Source of the DNA: Octopus vulgaris
Taxonomy: Eukaryota
Assembly: GCA_951406725.2 (NCBI GenBank)
Contig: OX597823.1
Coordinates: 85,498,001 to 85,562,000, forward strand
Reading direction: 5' to 3'
DNA length: 64,000 nt
The position numbers and the translations under genes are program-made. The notes under the pieces were generated by a model. It was not told where the DNA came from. It saw only the letters and a list, made by a program, of their open reading frames with translations, and ran no database searches. Below, one piece after another: positions 1 through 13,630 of this stretch. Positions within the stretch are counted from its first letter, which is position 1. Every line of letters starts with the position of its first letter.

Positions 1-531
1 TCCTGCCGAATTATACTCTCTTCTACATGCGTGACAGATATGATTAGTAATGTGTGTAACACCACCACCATACATACATATATACATACATAAATATGTA
101 CCTATCGTTATAAGTGTGTTAGGTTATGTACCAACAACTTTCCGCAAAAACATAGGGACATTTATTTTCACGAAAAAAGAGCAACAGGAACAGACTCGGA
201 CTCTCTAAAACCAATCTATTCATGGCACAGTGAAGATTTCCAAAATATTCCAGAATTTCTCCATGTGAGATTCTTAAGCGAATGCATGCAGAGTCGATAG
301 CGTAATCATCGATAGTTCAACCAACACACTAATTCAGCCACATGTTTATAAACAGCGGGAACTCTCTTCACTCAAAAAAGAGCTGTTGCTTTGTTAGCAA
401 CTGGCTTGAACTTCCCTCAAGAACTTGAATTAAACTCAAACAAAGATCACATATATATGCATGCATACGTACATACATAAATAAATACATACATACATAT
501 ATACATATATGTATGTATACGTATGTATATG

Positions 532-609
<78 letters not shown>

Positions 610-613
610 TAAA

Positions 614-642
614 CTAGCAGGCGTACCCGGCGTTGTCCGGGT
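614..642 (-). other. Helitron 3' terminus (GC hairpin + CTAG)
   Basis: Minus strand reads ACCCGG-acaacg-CCGGGT acgcctg CTAG T; abuts a (TA)n tract. Confidence 0.9.
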
Positions 643-3350
643 TCGTTGGTTCGAAAAGTCTTTGAAACTAATAAACACCCCCTCTCTTAAACACCTCTCA
701 CCCCTTATGGCAAGACTAATACCTAAGTAACTCATAAAGAGAAACGCACACGTAATAATGCGACAACAATCAAGTGAAGAAATAAAACAACAAAAATTAT
801 AACAGAAATAATGTAGGACTGAAATATGACGCCAGTACGGCAAGTCTACAAAACTTCTTTATAAACAACATTTTTAGTTTTCCCGTGGGGGGGATTGAAG
901 GCATGTAAACCGTTCCTACAACCCACTCTTGAGCAGTCAATGTATAGTTGACCGTGTGAAAAGCATGGTTCGGCTAAGTAAAGTCCAACGACAGACAGCG
1001 AGTGCCCGTGGGACTTATTAATGGACATGGCGTAACTGAGTCTAATCGGAAACTGCACTCAGCAGAACGTGAACGGTTAGTCAGCAGCCGAAGTCACAAG
1101 GGGAATTCGCGGTTTGAAGACGTCTTGACCTTTAACACAGACTGTCATAATCGTTGCTTCAATGATATTAGGAAGTAATTTTGTGATAAGAAGGCATGTA
1201 CCGTTGCACAACGTCGGTGGATTTAAATTCCTTATGAGCATAACAGGGCTATCTGCTTTAAGAGTAAGAATATGTGGAGGTACACCTGAAGGTTCCAAGG
1301 AATACAAAAATTCAGTGGAATAATCAACTACCTCATCCTGATTGGGGATGGTGTCTACTGACTTATAGACTCTCACGTCCTCAGGCAAACCCAGTAAAAA
1401 GCTGTTGGTTGCACTGACCGCAACGTTTTTAGGAGCCAAAATGGCTCTTTATCAAAGCCAATCTAGATCTCTGCTGTGGACTTCTAGGTCTAAGAAGGCC
1501 TGGTCATGAAGACTCTGAATAGTACTGGCTATTGTGCAAATGTAACTTATGTCAACATCTTCATTTCCGTCTTCTGTAACTTCACCATTGCCAAGAAGGA
1601 GATTGTTCCTCACAAAATCTTCTGACAATGGGTCCTCATGGAAGCGTGCTCTCATGTTAGATTCTAACTTTAAAGTAACAACATGAACCCATAGATGTGA
1701 AGACTTAAGGCATGCAATTACTTCATCTGCCTTTCGGAATCACTGGCATGGTTTGTCTAAAGTCCCCAGATAGCAAGACAGTGACACCCCCAATCGGTTC
1801 GTGGCTCTCCTTTATGTCTCGCAAAGTTCTATCTAATGCCTCAAGGGCACCATTGTGAACCATTGTGCATTCATCTCAAACAATCAAGCTGCATTTTGCG
1901 AGCAATTGCTCGTTGTCAGATGTCTTTGAAATGTTGAAAAACAAGCGTTGGTGAACTTGCGAGGTTAAGAGAAAGCTTAAACGTAGAGTGTGCTGTCCTG
2001 CCACCAGGGAGCAGAGTAGCAGCTATTCCCCATGTTGCCACAGTTATTGCGATGAACTTTTGTAGTCTTGCTTTTGCAAGAATGAGTCTAGTTACGAACA
2101 TTTTGCTTGTCCCGCCAGGAGCGTTAAGGAAGAAAACGCCACCTTTGCGACCCTGGACTTGCTGAACGATAGAGTCTGGTCAGATAGGAGGAGTGCCTCA
2201 TTGATCTGTACATATGCGGATAGTTCAGTAATGTCATAAGATGTTTCCCGAACAATCTCAGAAGGGAGATCATTTGAGGTAGGCCTTCCAGCGGGAGGAA
2301 GCCCGTAAGTGGTCATTACGTCACCGCCTAAAGCTAAAGACTTGTTTTCAATCTCAATCATCGTTAGGTTGTATATTGTATCAGGGAAACCTTTGTTTAC
2401 AGTAAGGAATGACAGCTGAGCAGCTCGGCTAATGTCCTCGGACAGATCATTCCTAAAGTGAATCCACAAAGAATACGAACTACTGGGTGCACAATTGTGC
2501 AGTATGACAGCAAAAAGTGTTCTAAGGCTTCCAGGCAATTTGGAAACACAATCCTCTGATAAGCAGGCTTGTCACTGCCTGTCATCTTCAAGATTACTGC
2601 GCTGTTGACATGCCTCCATGTATGTTGCAAAATCGTTTGCATCTTAAATCCTGAAAGCAAGTTGGGCCTGTTACTCTGTGTAGAAGAAGGCGGAGATGAA
2701 AGCACTCAGTCTGATTTGGGTGCACTGTATAAACGCGCCCAAGACAATCATCGAACTTAATGCCTTCGTGCCCTTGAACTGTTTAACCTGCCTTCATTCT
2801 CCTCCACGTTTAGTTGTTCCAGGTGGGTAAAGTAGTGTATGTGCAAAGGGATCAACCTGACAAAGTTTTAAAAACTTAGCGAGCGTAGTTTCTGATGGAG
2901 CCTGTGCCACGTGGGCAGCAGTGGTTTCACTGAAATACATTCGTTGGTCATTTTCGAGATGAACAGGAAGCTGAACAACGGCAGCATACCTTTCGTGTAT
3001 TCAAAAACTGAAAATAAGCCAAAACGCTTCATTGTTGCTTATATACTGTGCAGCCTGGGACTGCGTTACTTCATCGTGTTGGTTGAAGCTTTGGAGGCCA
3101 AACATGGCGGTATCGCACTCTTTTTTAACGTATTTGCAGACAGATTTGATTGATTTGATGGAATTGCAAAATTCAACGTTGATATGTGCTTTAAATGTCC
3201 TTGAAAGAAGCGAACAGTAAGGTATTATCCATCTATTGTCAACTTCGAATTTCCTTATGCTTAAGGTTAAGCCTCCGTCACATGGCTTCCTACGCCTATA
3301 CAGTGGGTACCCGTCTTGAGCAGTTTGAGTCTGGGACACGAAGACGCACT
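614..3350 (-). mobile_element. Helitron, 5'-truncated, with decayed Rep/PIF1-like helicase (RepHel) pseudogene
   Basis: Frameshifted minus-strand segments in the expected order: DGYPLYRRR..VDNRWIIPY..AHINVEFCNSIKSIK (Rep C-part), GRVYTVHP..ECFHLRLLL, Walker A GGVFFLNAPGGTSK (from DAPGGTGK), [95 protein letters not shown]. 3' end has a hairpin plus CTAG|T. Confidence 0.95.
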
Positions 3351-3965
3351 TCTATTCAGTTATTGTTAAATCATATTAATGCAATAATGTGTATAATGTA
3401 TGTATAATTCAGCAATTACCAGCTAATAGTGATCCACTGAAAGGATGGTAGTCATTTGTCAGAAAGTTTGCTTATTCCATCTCGTACATAAAATCCTTTT
3501 ACATATGCGTGTATACATGTGTGTGCATGTGTGAGTACATACGTGTGTATGTGTGTGTGTGTACGCGCGCGCGCGTAAGTTAAGATGCTATTCGGGAACA
3601 TTCAGAAGAGATCGATGAGACAGAACTTAAAAACGTATTTGAGAGATTCGTCATATATTTCTAGTTCCAGGAGAGCGATGAGAAAAGAAATTCTTGCATC
3701 TCGAGTGTTCTCCTTTCTTGCAAACGTATTTTTCATGAGAATTTTTCACGACTTTTAAGGCTAAAGTGGTTGTGGAAGGATTTATCGATCTACGTTTCCG
3801 TTCCCTTGAAGTGACTTTTCATTTACATTGCAACCAGTAATAAAGGCCCGATTATCACATTTAGAACAAAACAGTTTTCTCCAATCGTAAAGCACGTGTG
3901 ATTTCTATTGGTCATCCATTTTTTTGTAAAGAAAATGATAGGTATAAAAATCCACTGTTTCTGCC

Positions 3966-4004
3966 TAATAATAGTAGTAGTAGTAGTAATAATAATAATA
4001 ATAA

Positions 4005-4052
<48 letters not shown>

Positions 4053-4165
4053 CAGCAGCAGCTGTAGTAGTGGTAGTAGTTGCAGCAGTAGCTCTAGCAG
4101 TGGTAGTAGCAGCAGCAGCTGAATTAGTAGTCGTAGTAGCAGAGGCAGCAGCAGCAGAAGTAGTA

Positions 4166-4225
<60 letters not shown>

Positions 4226-4287
4226 TTTGTAGTATTAGTACTAGTAGTTGTAGTAGCAGCAGCAGTTGTAGTAGTGGTACTAGTGGA

Positions 4288-4366
<79 letters not shown>
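3966..4366. repeat. Compound trinucleotide microsatellite (TAA/GTA/GCA)n
   Basis: Directly visible; explains the poly-V/T/S ORFs. Confidence 0.97.
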
Positions 4367-4599
4367 TGGGGAATGGGCTCTAACAGCACATCACTGCATC
4401 CATTTGTTGCTGATCCCTACCTCTGGCCGATGACACTTTTGGACAACCCACGTGACAACTCTCCCATCCAATCTATGGGCCTGATGGGACAGTCGTGGCT
4501 TCTGGGGGCTTTAGAAGGTTGGAGTGCAAATCCCACCTCAGATTATGTAAACCGTCTTTTTACGTCAGGCAGTGGAAACGCTGGGTCTATTCTTTGACA

Positions 4600-4735
4600 T
4601 GCCGGCCCCCACACAGCACTAGGGCAACGCGAAATAAAGTGTTTGGCTCACGAACTCAACACACCATCCGGTCCGGGAATCGAACCACGATCTACAAATC
4701 GTGAATGCAACAACTTAACCACTCGGCCTCGCGTG
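4600..4735 (-). mobile_element. Degenerate tRNA-derived SINE head (family B-like)
   Basis: ccggtccgggaatcgaaccacgatc...aaccactcggcc resembles the reverse complement of the family B head, with B-box GGTTCGATTCCC. Confidence 0.6.
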
Positions 4736-5023
4736 ATTTATATTATTTCTTTATGTCTGTAAGCAGGTCCGTCTCTGATTTGCATCCTCGTCTAGTCGAT
4801 CAGAAAATGACTTGTCATGTTCTGGGGGTAAATCCAAGTCAATGTAAATCTTCCCCGGTATACATTATGTGGTCTTTGCTCCTTTGTAAGAAAACATAAT
4901 TATTAGTTCTCTCATGTCACGAAAGGCTGCCTGTATGGATTCGATAATGTCTTATTACATGCAATAATGTTTGTTAATTTCTCCATTAGGCATTCCTGCA
5001 ACTTCGATGCCATTAAAAATAAA

Positions 5024-5026
<3 letters not shown>

Positions 5027-5095
<69 letters not shown>

Positions 5096-5102
5096 AGAGA
5101 GA
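5027..5102. repeat. (GA)n microsatellite
   Basis: Directly visible. Confidence 0.97.
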
Positions 5103-6069
5103 AAATAAAATGGATTGTAAATGCGAGATGGTAATATATATCGAAGCAAAGGTTCGGAGACAATTTTTACAATGGTCTCTATGTTTTCGTGCAATTTAAC
5201 TAGGTTAAGTAGTGTTTCTTTTAAAGTTCTCTGTCTATTTCATGTAATGAACAAAACCGAGTGATTTATTTTCATGAGAAATGTGTTTCAACATGTCTTT
5301 CATCTCACAAAATAACTATTTAAATTGTAGAGGGGAAAATTTGTTTGAATTTATACTTCTTCCGGGAAAAGCTTTATTTCTTTATTTATTTTTTGTGATA
5401 GCACAGAACTTGCAACTTTGAACATAAAAATAAATTATTTAACAGAATAAAAAATTTTTTTTTACATAAACAAGACGAAGAAAGACCGTTTGTGAGCAAA
5501 CCTTTAGAAGCAACAAAGCAAGGCAAAAACAACACAATTGATGATGAGGAAAAAAACCATATAAATTGCATAATAATGAGTAGCAGAGTTTGAGTGAGTG
5601 AATGTTAATCACAATAAAGATGTTTGACAAGATGAAATACAGAAAATTAAAGGGAGGCAATGGTGTTTAAAATCGCCATTTTGGATTAACGCTGACCTTT
5701 CCTTCTCGTATGCCTCCCACACACACAAAACCTCGCACAAAGACACACAGTCGTACACATACATGCAGATAAGAAAAATTCTGATACGAACTACAATCAC
5801 GCAAAAATGTTGGGTGTCTTCCGACACGTCTTACAAGAATAAGATCGTTTAAAGAATTCGGGTAAAAGAAAAAAAAAATTGTCTAGCTCTGATAATGGAC
5901 CACTTTAGATTAACAACTCTCGAATCAACGTCATCAAGTAACACGTGACATGAGAGGTGATGCCTTTTTTTATGTTTGTAAGAGCATATTCTAGTAAGGA
6001 TTCTCCGCAATTGCATATCATATATTACATACGTGCGTTTAGTGTATATATATATATATATATATATAT

Positions 6070-6109
<40 letters not shown>

Positions 6110-7205
6110 GAGAGATAAATACACATACACACACACACAAAGCAAATATGCAATTTTATATTAAAATGCATTTGCGAATTTTTCGTTAAGTGATTTCATT
6201 TAATTTCTATCGAAAATATATCCTCGCCTTTACTGCATTAGACAGCCACACACAGCACACACATATGCACTCATTTCCTCCCCTCCACGGACGTCTAACA
6301 CTCAAAAGCACACACACAAATACATCGGCAAATGCTTCGACACACATGCATGGTAAGTCTGGCTTGTGCACACGTTTCTTTAAGTAGTACAGCAATATAT
6401 CGGACGCCTTTCAACTCACTCAGGTTTTCCTACGTTTTTCTACGGTAATTTTATCACAAATATACCTACATAAATAAACAAGCATAGACAAACACAGATT
6501 CGCATATACATGTATATACGTATGCATTGACATATAGATAGATATAGATATAATTATAATTAAGATTTCCCGAGAAACAGCAACTACATGCTAGAAGTAG
6601 ATGTCCAATGATTCTAAAACCACATCTTTCTTTTTATACGCCATTATTACAAATGGAAATCGAGGTCAATGAATAAAAAAGGTTTGGCAAAGTTTTTAAG
6701 GTTAGTTGTAGATGAACGATTTCTGGTTTAGTAATATCAGAATTACTTTATCTTCGTCAGTAGAATATACCAAATCGTAGATAAATGCAAATATCTATAC
6801 ACACCCATAAAAATACATGTTTATGTGCACGAATACATACATATATGCACTTGTATATACAAAGCAAATCCGATTATTCATCTCAACCACGTGACCGCAT
6901 ATAATAAATATAATGATCGGAGTGAGTAAATATGATAAGTGTGCGTGTGTGTGTATACAAAATGAGGGATAAAATCATTAAAAAATAACAATCTCATCAG
7001 CGACCAGCATGTAATAAAAACCATATAGGTAAGAATTAATATAGACATAAAATTATATAATTATATAGATATAACTATAATTAAGGGTGCTGAGAAGCAG
7101 CACCTATACGCTAGAAGTAGACATGAAATAACTCTAAAACCACATAATTTTTTAAACTCCATTAGCATACGTTGAAAGCGAAGTAAATTACTAATTCATA
7201 TATAT

Positions 7206-7263
<58 letters not shown>

Positions 7264-7269
7264 TATCAG

Positions 7270-8919
7270 TCCTTAAATCTTTAAAATGTTTCAGCTTCAA
7301 AGCTGTAGTCATGCTGGGGCACTATCCCTGACTGAGTTACACCATTATTTGAAACCTCAACCGATATTTGGCATTTGGTCAATGAGGGAGCTTCATGCCA
7401 CTGCCCTCATTTGTGTTTACTGCCGTGAGGTAGGCTCGTCTGGATCCTTGACAGGAAGAGATCCAGTTTTGTTTTCAAGACTCTTACATTCACACCATGC
7501 AGGTCTCTCAAGCACTCTGGATGGATATTGAAAGCTGTAGGCCATTGAAAGCCAAGCTGTTGCAGCATCTGGTCCTGTGTTGGAATTGCTGAGAACTTTG
7601 GAAATTTGCAGTGACACCCCATTCTGCTGTTTGAGTAACTTTCAGTGCCAAAGTATTGTACAAGGCCTTCCAGGAATTTCCAAATCTATATGCCTGGATA
7701 TCTATCCTTCCTACGTTCTAGGGAAAAGAGTTTTAATTCTTTTAGTCTTTCCAAGTAACTGATGCGTTTGATTGAAACGATTTTCTTAGTGTAGCTTCGT
7801 TGGATTGCTTCAAGTTCCGCTGCTAAATTTATACTGTGTTGTGACCATAATTGGGAGCAGTAGTCCAAGCGGCTGAGGATGTATGTCCTTCAAAGGACCA
7901 TTAATGCCTTCTTTTCTCTTGTTTTGAAAGTTCGGAGGATCCAGCCAGCTAGCCGTTTGCATTTTATTACTAAATTGGTAATATGCTCTTGGAAATTGCT
8001 CATGTCAGTGCCCAGGCCACGCACTGATTTCGATTCAGGAATTGCTATTCCACCCGAACTAGTATATCCTGTCTGCACAACGTTCAATTTTGTGTGCTGA
8101 CAGCACAGGGTTTGGAATTTTCCTGCATTAAACTGCATGTTGTTCTCCTTAACCGACCCGTATATTGCGTCCCGCCCCCGTTGCAGATGTGCAATATTTC
8201 TTGGATTGTGTATTGTCTGAGAGAATTTGGTTTCATATGCATAGCAAGGGTATGTATGTGTGGGCTACTATGAATAGGAGTAACCTTAAGACAATGCCCT
8301 ATGGAACACCACTTGCTTTTATATTTCCTTAGAGGTGGCTCCATTGGCCACCACTGCCTGACGTCTATCTTTTAGAAAGTGTGTAGCCACTCTCTAAGAT
8401 TTCCGCCTTTACCAGGATCACGCAGTTTGTGAAATATCATACCATGTTCGAATTTATCAAAGGCTTTTGCAAAAATCGAGATATATCACCCACTCGTAGT
8501 GTTGCAAGAGCTGTGTTAGACTGTGTCGAAATCTAAGCTGGATGTCAATCAGCAGGTCATTTTCTTCAAGGAATGCGATTAGTTTCTTGCTCGTTCCATG
8601 ACTTTGCTGATGTGTGAGATCAGAGAGATAGACCTATAATTTTTAGCATCTGCTCTGTTTCCTACATTACGGATAGAGTACATTATCCCTTCCTTCAGTT
8701 TGTCTGGGGGCATATCATTTGCAGTAAAGCTCTGAAAAAGAAGCTACTGTGGTTTTGCAAGGGCTCGTTTGCACGATTTGAAAAGTACGGTCGGAAATCT
8801 ATCAGGGCCAGCAGCTGAGTTTGTGTGAACCTCATGGCCAGTGCTACATCTTTCTTCTTCAATGTTGATATGCTCAGTTTTTGCTTCCTTAATTACAGGT
8901 GAAGTGGCAAAGAATTCTG

Positions 8920-8922
<3 letters not shown>
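7270..8922 (-). mobile_element. CR1-group non-LTR retrotransposon (LINE), 3' part of decayed RT ORF2 plus 3' tail
   Basis: Minus-strand motifs, some joined across frameshifts: NSAAGPD, NYRSISL, FAKAFDK, SGVP*G, YAYETK (decayed YADDTK), MQFNAGKF, AGWILRTF, DYCSQLWS..LEAIQRSYTKKI..YLERLKELKLFSLERR, LKTKLDLFL..PDEP. Flanked by (TA)n on both sides. Confidence 0.9.
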
Positions 8923-8968
<46 letters not shown>

Positions 8969-8974
8969 GAAGGA

Positions 8975-9018
8975 GCTTCTACAGGACTAGAACTGTTTCA
9001 TTCAAAAGAAATCATCAA
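8975..9018 (-). ncRNA. 5'-truncated hammerhead ribozyme remnant
   Basis: Minus strand: tTGATGA tttc-tttt-gaat GAAA CAG-ttctagtc-CTG TA gaag. Core, stems II/III and a GUA site are present; the stem I 5' arm is missing. Confidence 0.5.
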
Positions 9019-9139
9019 TTATGAACAAACTAGCAGAATTCTTTGCCACTTCACCTGTAATATATATATATATATCTTTACAGAAATCAAAAGACGGATC
9101 TATATGCGTGTTTATATCCTTGTTCATGGATGCATATAT

Positions 9140-9260
9140 ATCTCCTTAGTTCATCTCCTTAGTATGTATTATAATTAGTCCCACCACAGTTCATCTCCTT
9201 AGAATGCATGATATCTAGTCCCACAGTCTATCTCCTTTGTAAGTACGATAATTAGTCTCA
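9140..9260. repeat. Short tandem repeat, ~40-bp unit x3
   Basis: agttcatctccttag...tagtcccac recurs about three times with divergence. Confidence 0.7.
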
Positions 9261-9672
9261 TTGTTTCCTTTAACCTTCAGCTACCCTCTTTCCTATTTTC
9301 GTCTGGAGAAATTGCTTTTTGTATCGTTTGATTAATCATAGAAGAGAAACAGAATACATTACATTATGGCGGAAACACAGTTCATCAGACGAGTCATAAT
9401 GATAGGAACTCGGTTCGAAGAGAAGCGTAATTAATTAATATATGCTGGTTTCTATCCACCCCTTTATCACCTCTACCGAACTTGCGCTCACTTTTACGTA
9501 AGAAACTAGGAATTAAATACATTCGAAATGACTTTTACATAAACAATGAATCAGAAATGAAATATCAGCCATCATTTAACAGTAGTTGCTCATTTTATGC
9601 ACTACAATGCTAATTCAGTATTGAGATACTGTAAATGGATATAAACATACATAACTACATACACACACACGC

Positions 9673-9736
<64 letters not shown>

Positions 9737-10118
9737 ACTTATATGGTTATATAAGTATATATGTGTATGTATGCATTTATGGCTGTAGGAGAAACGAAGT
9801 ATTTTAATACAGACTTCGCCACACTTATATCAACACTTGCGTACACACAACCATATCTGTCTTCACGAGATTATATATATTTACGTACAAATGTATGTGT
9901 AAGAGTGTGCATCTATATGTAGACACACACACAGACATGCACACATCAAAATACCCCCCCATATATATATATATAGGAATGTATGTAGTTATGGGTATGT
10001 ATATATATTGCTGCTTCTCGTCAGAAATTTATTAAAAGCAAACGTATAAGTTGAAAGTCACAAAGAAATAATCATTTATTTTCTATCCCTTATATATGTG
10101 TATATATGTATGTATGTA

Positions 10119-10187
<69 letters not shown>

Positions 10188-10249
10188 ATATGTATATATG
10201 ATTTATGTAAAAACTATATGCGTTAATATTCCTGTTTATGTGCATGCAA

Positions 10250-10292
<43 letters not shown>

Positions 10293-10535
10293 AGTTTACT
10301 TGAAATATCTATGTGATTTTTCTATGTAACCATTCCAGCTGTACAGAGAAGCTTTAAATGAGGCAATGCTGTTATTTTTGTTCTTTGTCTTTTTTTCGTG
10401 ATGTTATTTCTTTCACTAAATGAATTATAATGGAACCACAAAGTAAACATTATCATTTACATTCATTTTATATACTACACACATATACATATACATGTAT
10501 ATATATATATATATATAATATATATATATATAGAA

Positions 10536-10635
<100 letters not shown>

Positions 10636-11128
10636 CTCCTACTTTTTGTAATTATCTTTTCTCGCTTTCTCTTTCTCATCCCACTCGATCTTTCGTCTTC
10701 TCTTCTCTTCTCTTCTCTTCTCATCTCCTATTGCGAAAGACAAATATAGGCCCGCGGCTACATACTTTAATTCTGTTCATCACTTTCTCAATGTTCCTTC
10801 AGTTTTTGATAAGGTGTTTCATAAAACATCTTATACATGATCAATGTATTATTCTACAGTTCCTCTTGTTTATCTATTATTCCTACCTATTTTTATGAAC
10901 CTTCTTACAGCCGATCGTTCACAATAGCTTCAGCGCATAAAGTTTTGTCTTCTTCTTAAGATGATAAATAGAAAACAAACTTACGCATATAGTGAGAGAC
11001 AGAGAGACAGAGAGAAAGAGAGGGAGAGAGAGAGAGAGCAAAAGAAGGTATATGTGTATATAGAGATACATAGATACGTACCCATATCCATATGTATGTA
11101 CAGACAAACCTATATACATTTATATATG

Positions 11129-11192
<64 letters not shown>

Positions 11193-11327
11193 CATACACT
11201 CTTATATATATGTTTGCATATTTATATATATTTATATATATATATCTATATAGAAGCATATATATTTATAAATGATTAATATACATACATACACACACGC
11301 ATATGTGTGTATATGAATTTATATGTG

Positions 11328-11383
<56 letters not shown>

Positions 11384-11784
11384 AATACATATACACACAC
11401 ACATATGTACACACACACACACATATACATCTATAAATTATCGTAATGCCTCTTCGTATATTTTCTGATTTCTGTCTCTCGTCTTCCGTTTCTTAAATGA
11501 AAAGAAAAAAAATAACACATATTCAGAAAATGTATACTTTTCATTTTATTTCTCTTTATTAAAAGTAAGAATATGTAGTGGAATAAATACGGTGCTAAAA
11601 CTTCAATTTTAACAGATATTCGTTCAAATCTTCAGTAGTGGGTGTCTTTTTTTCTGTTGACCATTTCACCATCACATACCATAGATTACTGATTCCATTG
11701 ATCGAGGGAGTCACATGATCAAAAGTATTCCAACCACGACTGTTTCTTCTTTCAGCTCTGCACTTTGAGTAACGTGATAGAATG

Positions 11785-12088
11785 TATTAATTTGTCAAGA
11801 AAGTTCATGCGTTTTTTCACCTTTAAATTCAGATGCACCATATCTCGGCTCAAACAAAACTTTATTAATAGAAATAAACACCATCACAATCAACACACTT
11901 TTGCTAACGCGAAGCAAGTTTATTTATGCCAGTTGCGTAAAAATCCTCCGTTCTGGTGGCCAAGAAGTCGTTAAAGGCGTTTCTGGCATCGTCTTAGTTG
12001 TTACAGCATTTCTCACACAGGAAGTTGTCGAGATGGTTGAAAAAGTGGTAGTTGGTAGGCGAGAGGTCTGGTGAGTATGGCGGATGAG
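11785..12088 (-). mobile_element. Mariner transposon 3' fragment (cecropia/Hsmar1-like) with probable right TIR
   Basis: Minus frame HPPYSPDLSPTNYHFFNHLDNFLCEKCCNN*DDARNAFNDFLATRTEDFYATGINKLASR*QKCVDCDGVYFY*; TA + TTAATTTGTCAAGAAAGTTCATGCGTTTTT resembles a mariner TIR. Confidence 0.92.
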
Positions 12089-12135
12089 CTTTGTGAGTGG
12101 ATTTGATAGACGGAAACTGAAAGAAGCCCGTCGTA

Positions 12136-12185
<50 letters not shown>

Positions 12186-12416
12186 CATGTATATGTGTGT
12201 GTATATGTTTGTGTGTTTGTATTTGTCCCCCCAACATCACTTGACAACCGATGCTGGTGTGTTTACATACCCGTAACTTAGGAGTTGAATATAAGAGACC
12301 GATAGAATAAGTACCAGGCTTACAAAGAACAAGTCCTGGGTTCGATTTGCTCGACTGAAGGCCGTGCTCCAGCATGAGCGCAGTCAAATGACTGAAACAA
12401 GTAAAAGAGTAAAAGA
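12088..12416 (+). mobile_element. SINE family A (internal TA/TG microsatellite), 5'-truncated
   Basis: gtgagtggatttg..gacggaaactgaaagaagcccgtcg-(TA)n-..gtgctccagcatg..cagtcaaatgactgaaacaagtaaaagag; same sequence as the other copies. Confidence 0.9.
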
Positions 12417-12539
12417 AAACAGTAACGCACATGATTTTTGATAGGAAGCGATTACTTTAAACGATTACACTCTATGAAAGGATTAATAGAAAAGATAATG
12501 TTTAACATCTATTTATGAATCAATAAGTGCCGAGATATG

Positions 12540-12745
12540 AGGCAGCGAGCTGGCAGAATCGTGATCGCGCCAGACAAAATGCTTAGTGGCGTTTCTCCCG
12601 ACTCTATGTTCTGAGTTCAAATGCCTCCGAGATCGACTTTAGGGGTCAATAAAATCAGTACCTGTTGAGTGATGGGATCGATGTAATCAACTTAGCAGCT
12701 CTCCGAAATTGCTGGCCTTGTGCAAAAAATTAAACCCAATATATT
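12540..12745 (+). mobile_element. SINE family C monomer, degenerate
   Basis: ggcagcgagctggcagaatcg..ttctgagttcaaat..gacttt..; A-box/B-box-like head. Confidence 0.75.
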
Positions 12746-12974
12746 GCGAGATAGATACACAATACTTACACACAATATGACGCTACGGCGCCCCTACGAC
12801 TTTATCAGGATTTGAGCACTCAAGCAAGGTTTTAATGAATACCTGATATGAAATATTTGTTATATGGTATTGCTGTAACAGGCATTTCTACTTGTAACCC
12901 TATTTTCTGCTCATTGTTACATTTACGAAAATATTGTATTCATGTGTTGATTAATAAGGGGGTCGTAATTATTA

Positions 12975-13291
12975 TTTTATTTATTTATGCGCCTTTTCAA
13001 GCCTAGTCAGGCTCATGGGCCCGGTTTCCCGGTTTCTGTGGCGTATCTGTTCTCCCCACCTGGACGGAACGCCAGTCCATCGCATCGTTACTCAAGAAAC
13101 AGGAAGAAAGTGTGAGAGAAAGTTGGGGCGAAAGAGTACAACAGGGGTGCCTCCCTACCCTGCGGAGCCTCGTCGAGCTTTAGGTGTTTTCGCTCATTAA
13201 ACACATACAACGCCCGGTCTGGGAATCGAAACCGCGATCCTTCGACCGCGAGTCCACTGCCCTAACCACTGGGCCATTGCGCCTCCACATT
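12975..13291 (-). mobile_element. SINE family B (tRNA-derived, possibly octopus OR-like), tail type 1
   Basis: Head GTGGAGGCGCAATGGCCCAGTGGTTAGG..GGTTTCGATTCCC; TSD gtaattatta at 12965-12974 and 13292-13301. Confidence 0.9.
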
Positions 13292-13630
13292 GTAATTATT
13301 ACCGTTTATTTTAGACAGTGAACAGTCAGAATCGGTAGAGCTTCAAAACGAAAATAATATCTTGCGTTATATCTTCCAGCTCACTATGTCTTGAGTTCAA
13401 ATCTCGCCGAGATAAGATTTGACTTGCCTCTCTTCAGAGTCGAAAGAACAAAGTGCAAATGATGTATTAGAATCAATGGCATCGACCAGTATTCGCTCCT
13501 AAAAGTATTGAACTTATGTCTAAATGAGAAATAATTATTACTATTTAATTATCTATATACCTACTAATTAAAGTTTTGGTATAAGATCAATCTGTCCGTC
13601 AGCGATTAATAACTCTTAATAAATTTAGGG

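Noticed and set aside
436-843. [18 protein letters not shown] ORFs here and throughout the track
   Set aside because: Translations of (TA)n, (CA)n and (GA)n microsatellites with no coding signature.
3823-4597. Long poly-Thr/Val/Ala ORFs (mucin- or membrane-protein-like)
   Set aside because: Stop-free frames of a (GTA/GCA)n microsatellite; flanking residues resemble no family I recognise.
6715-6765. CTGACGA...GAAA on the minus strand (also CTGAYGA near 6995, 9385, 10020, 15482)
   Set aside because: No stem I/III pairing or no correctly placed GAAA; expected by chance.
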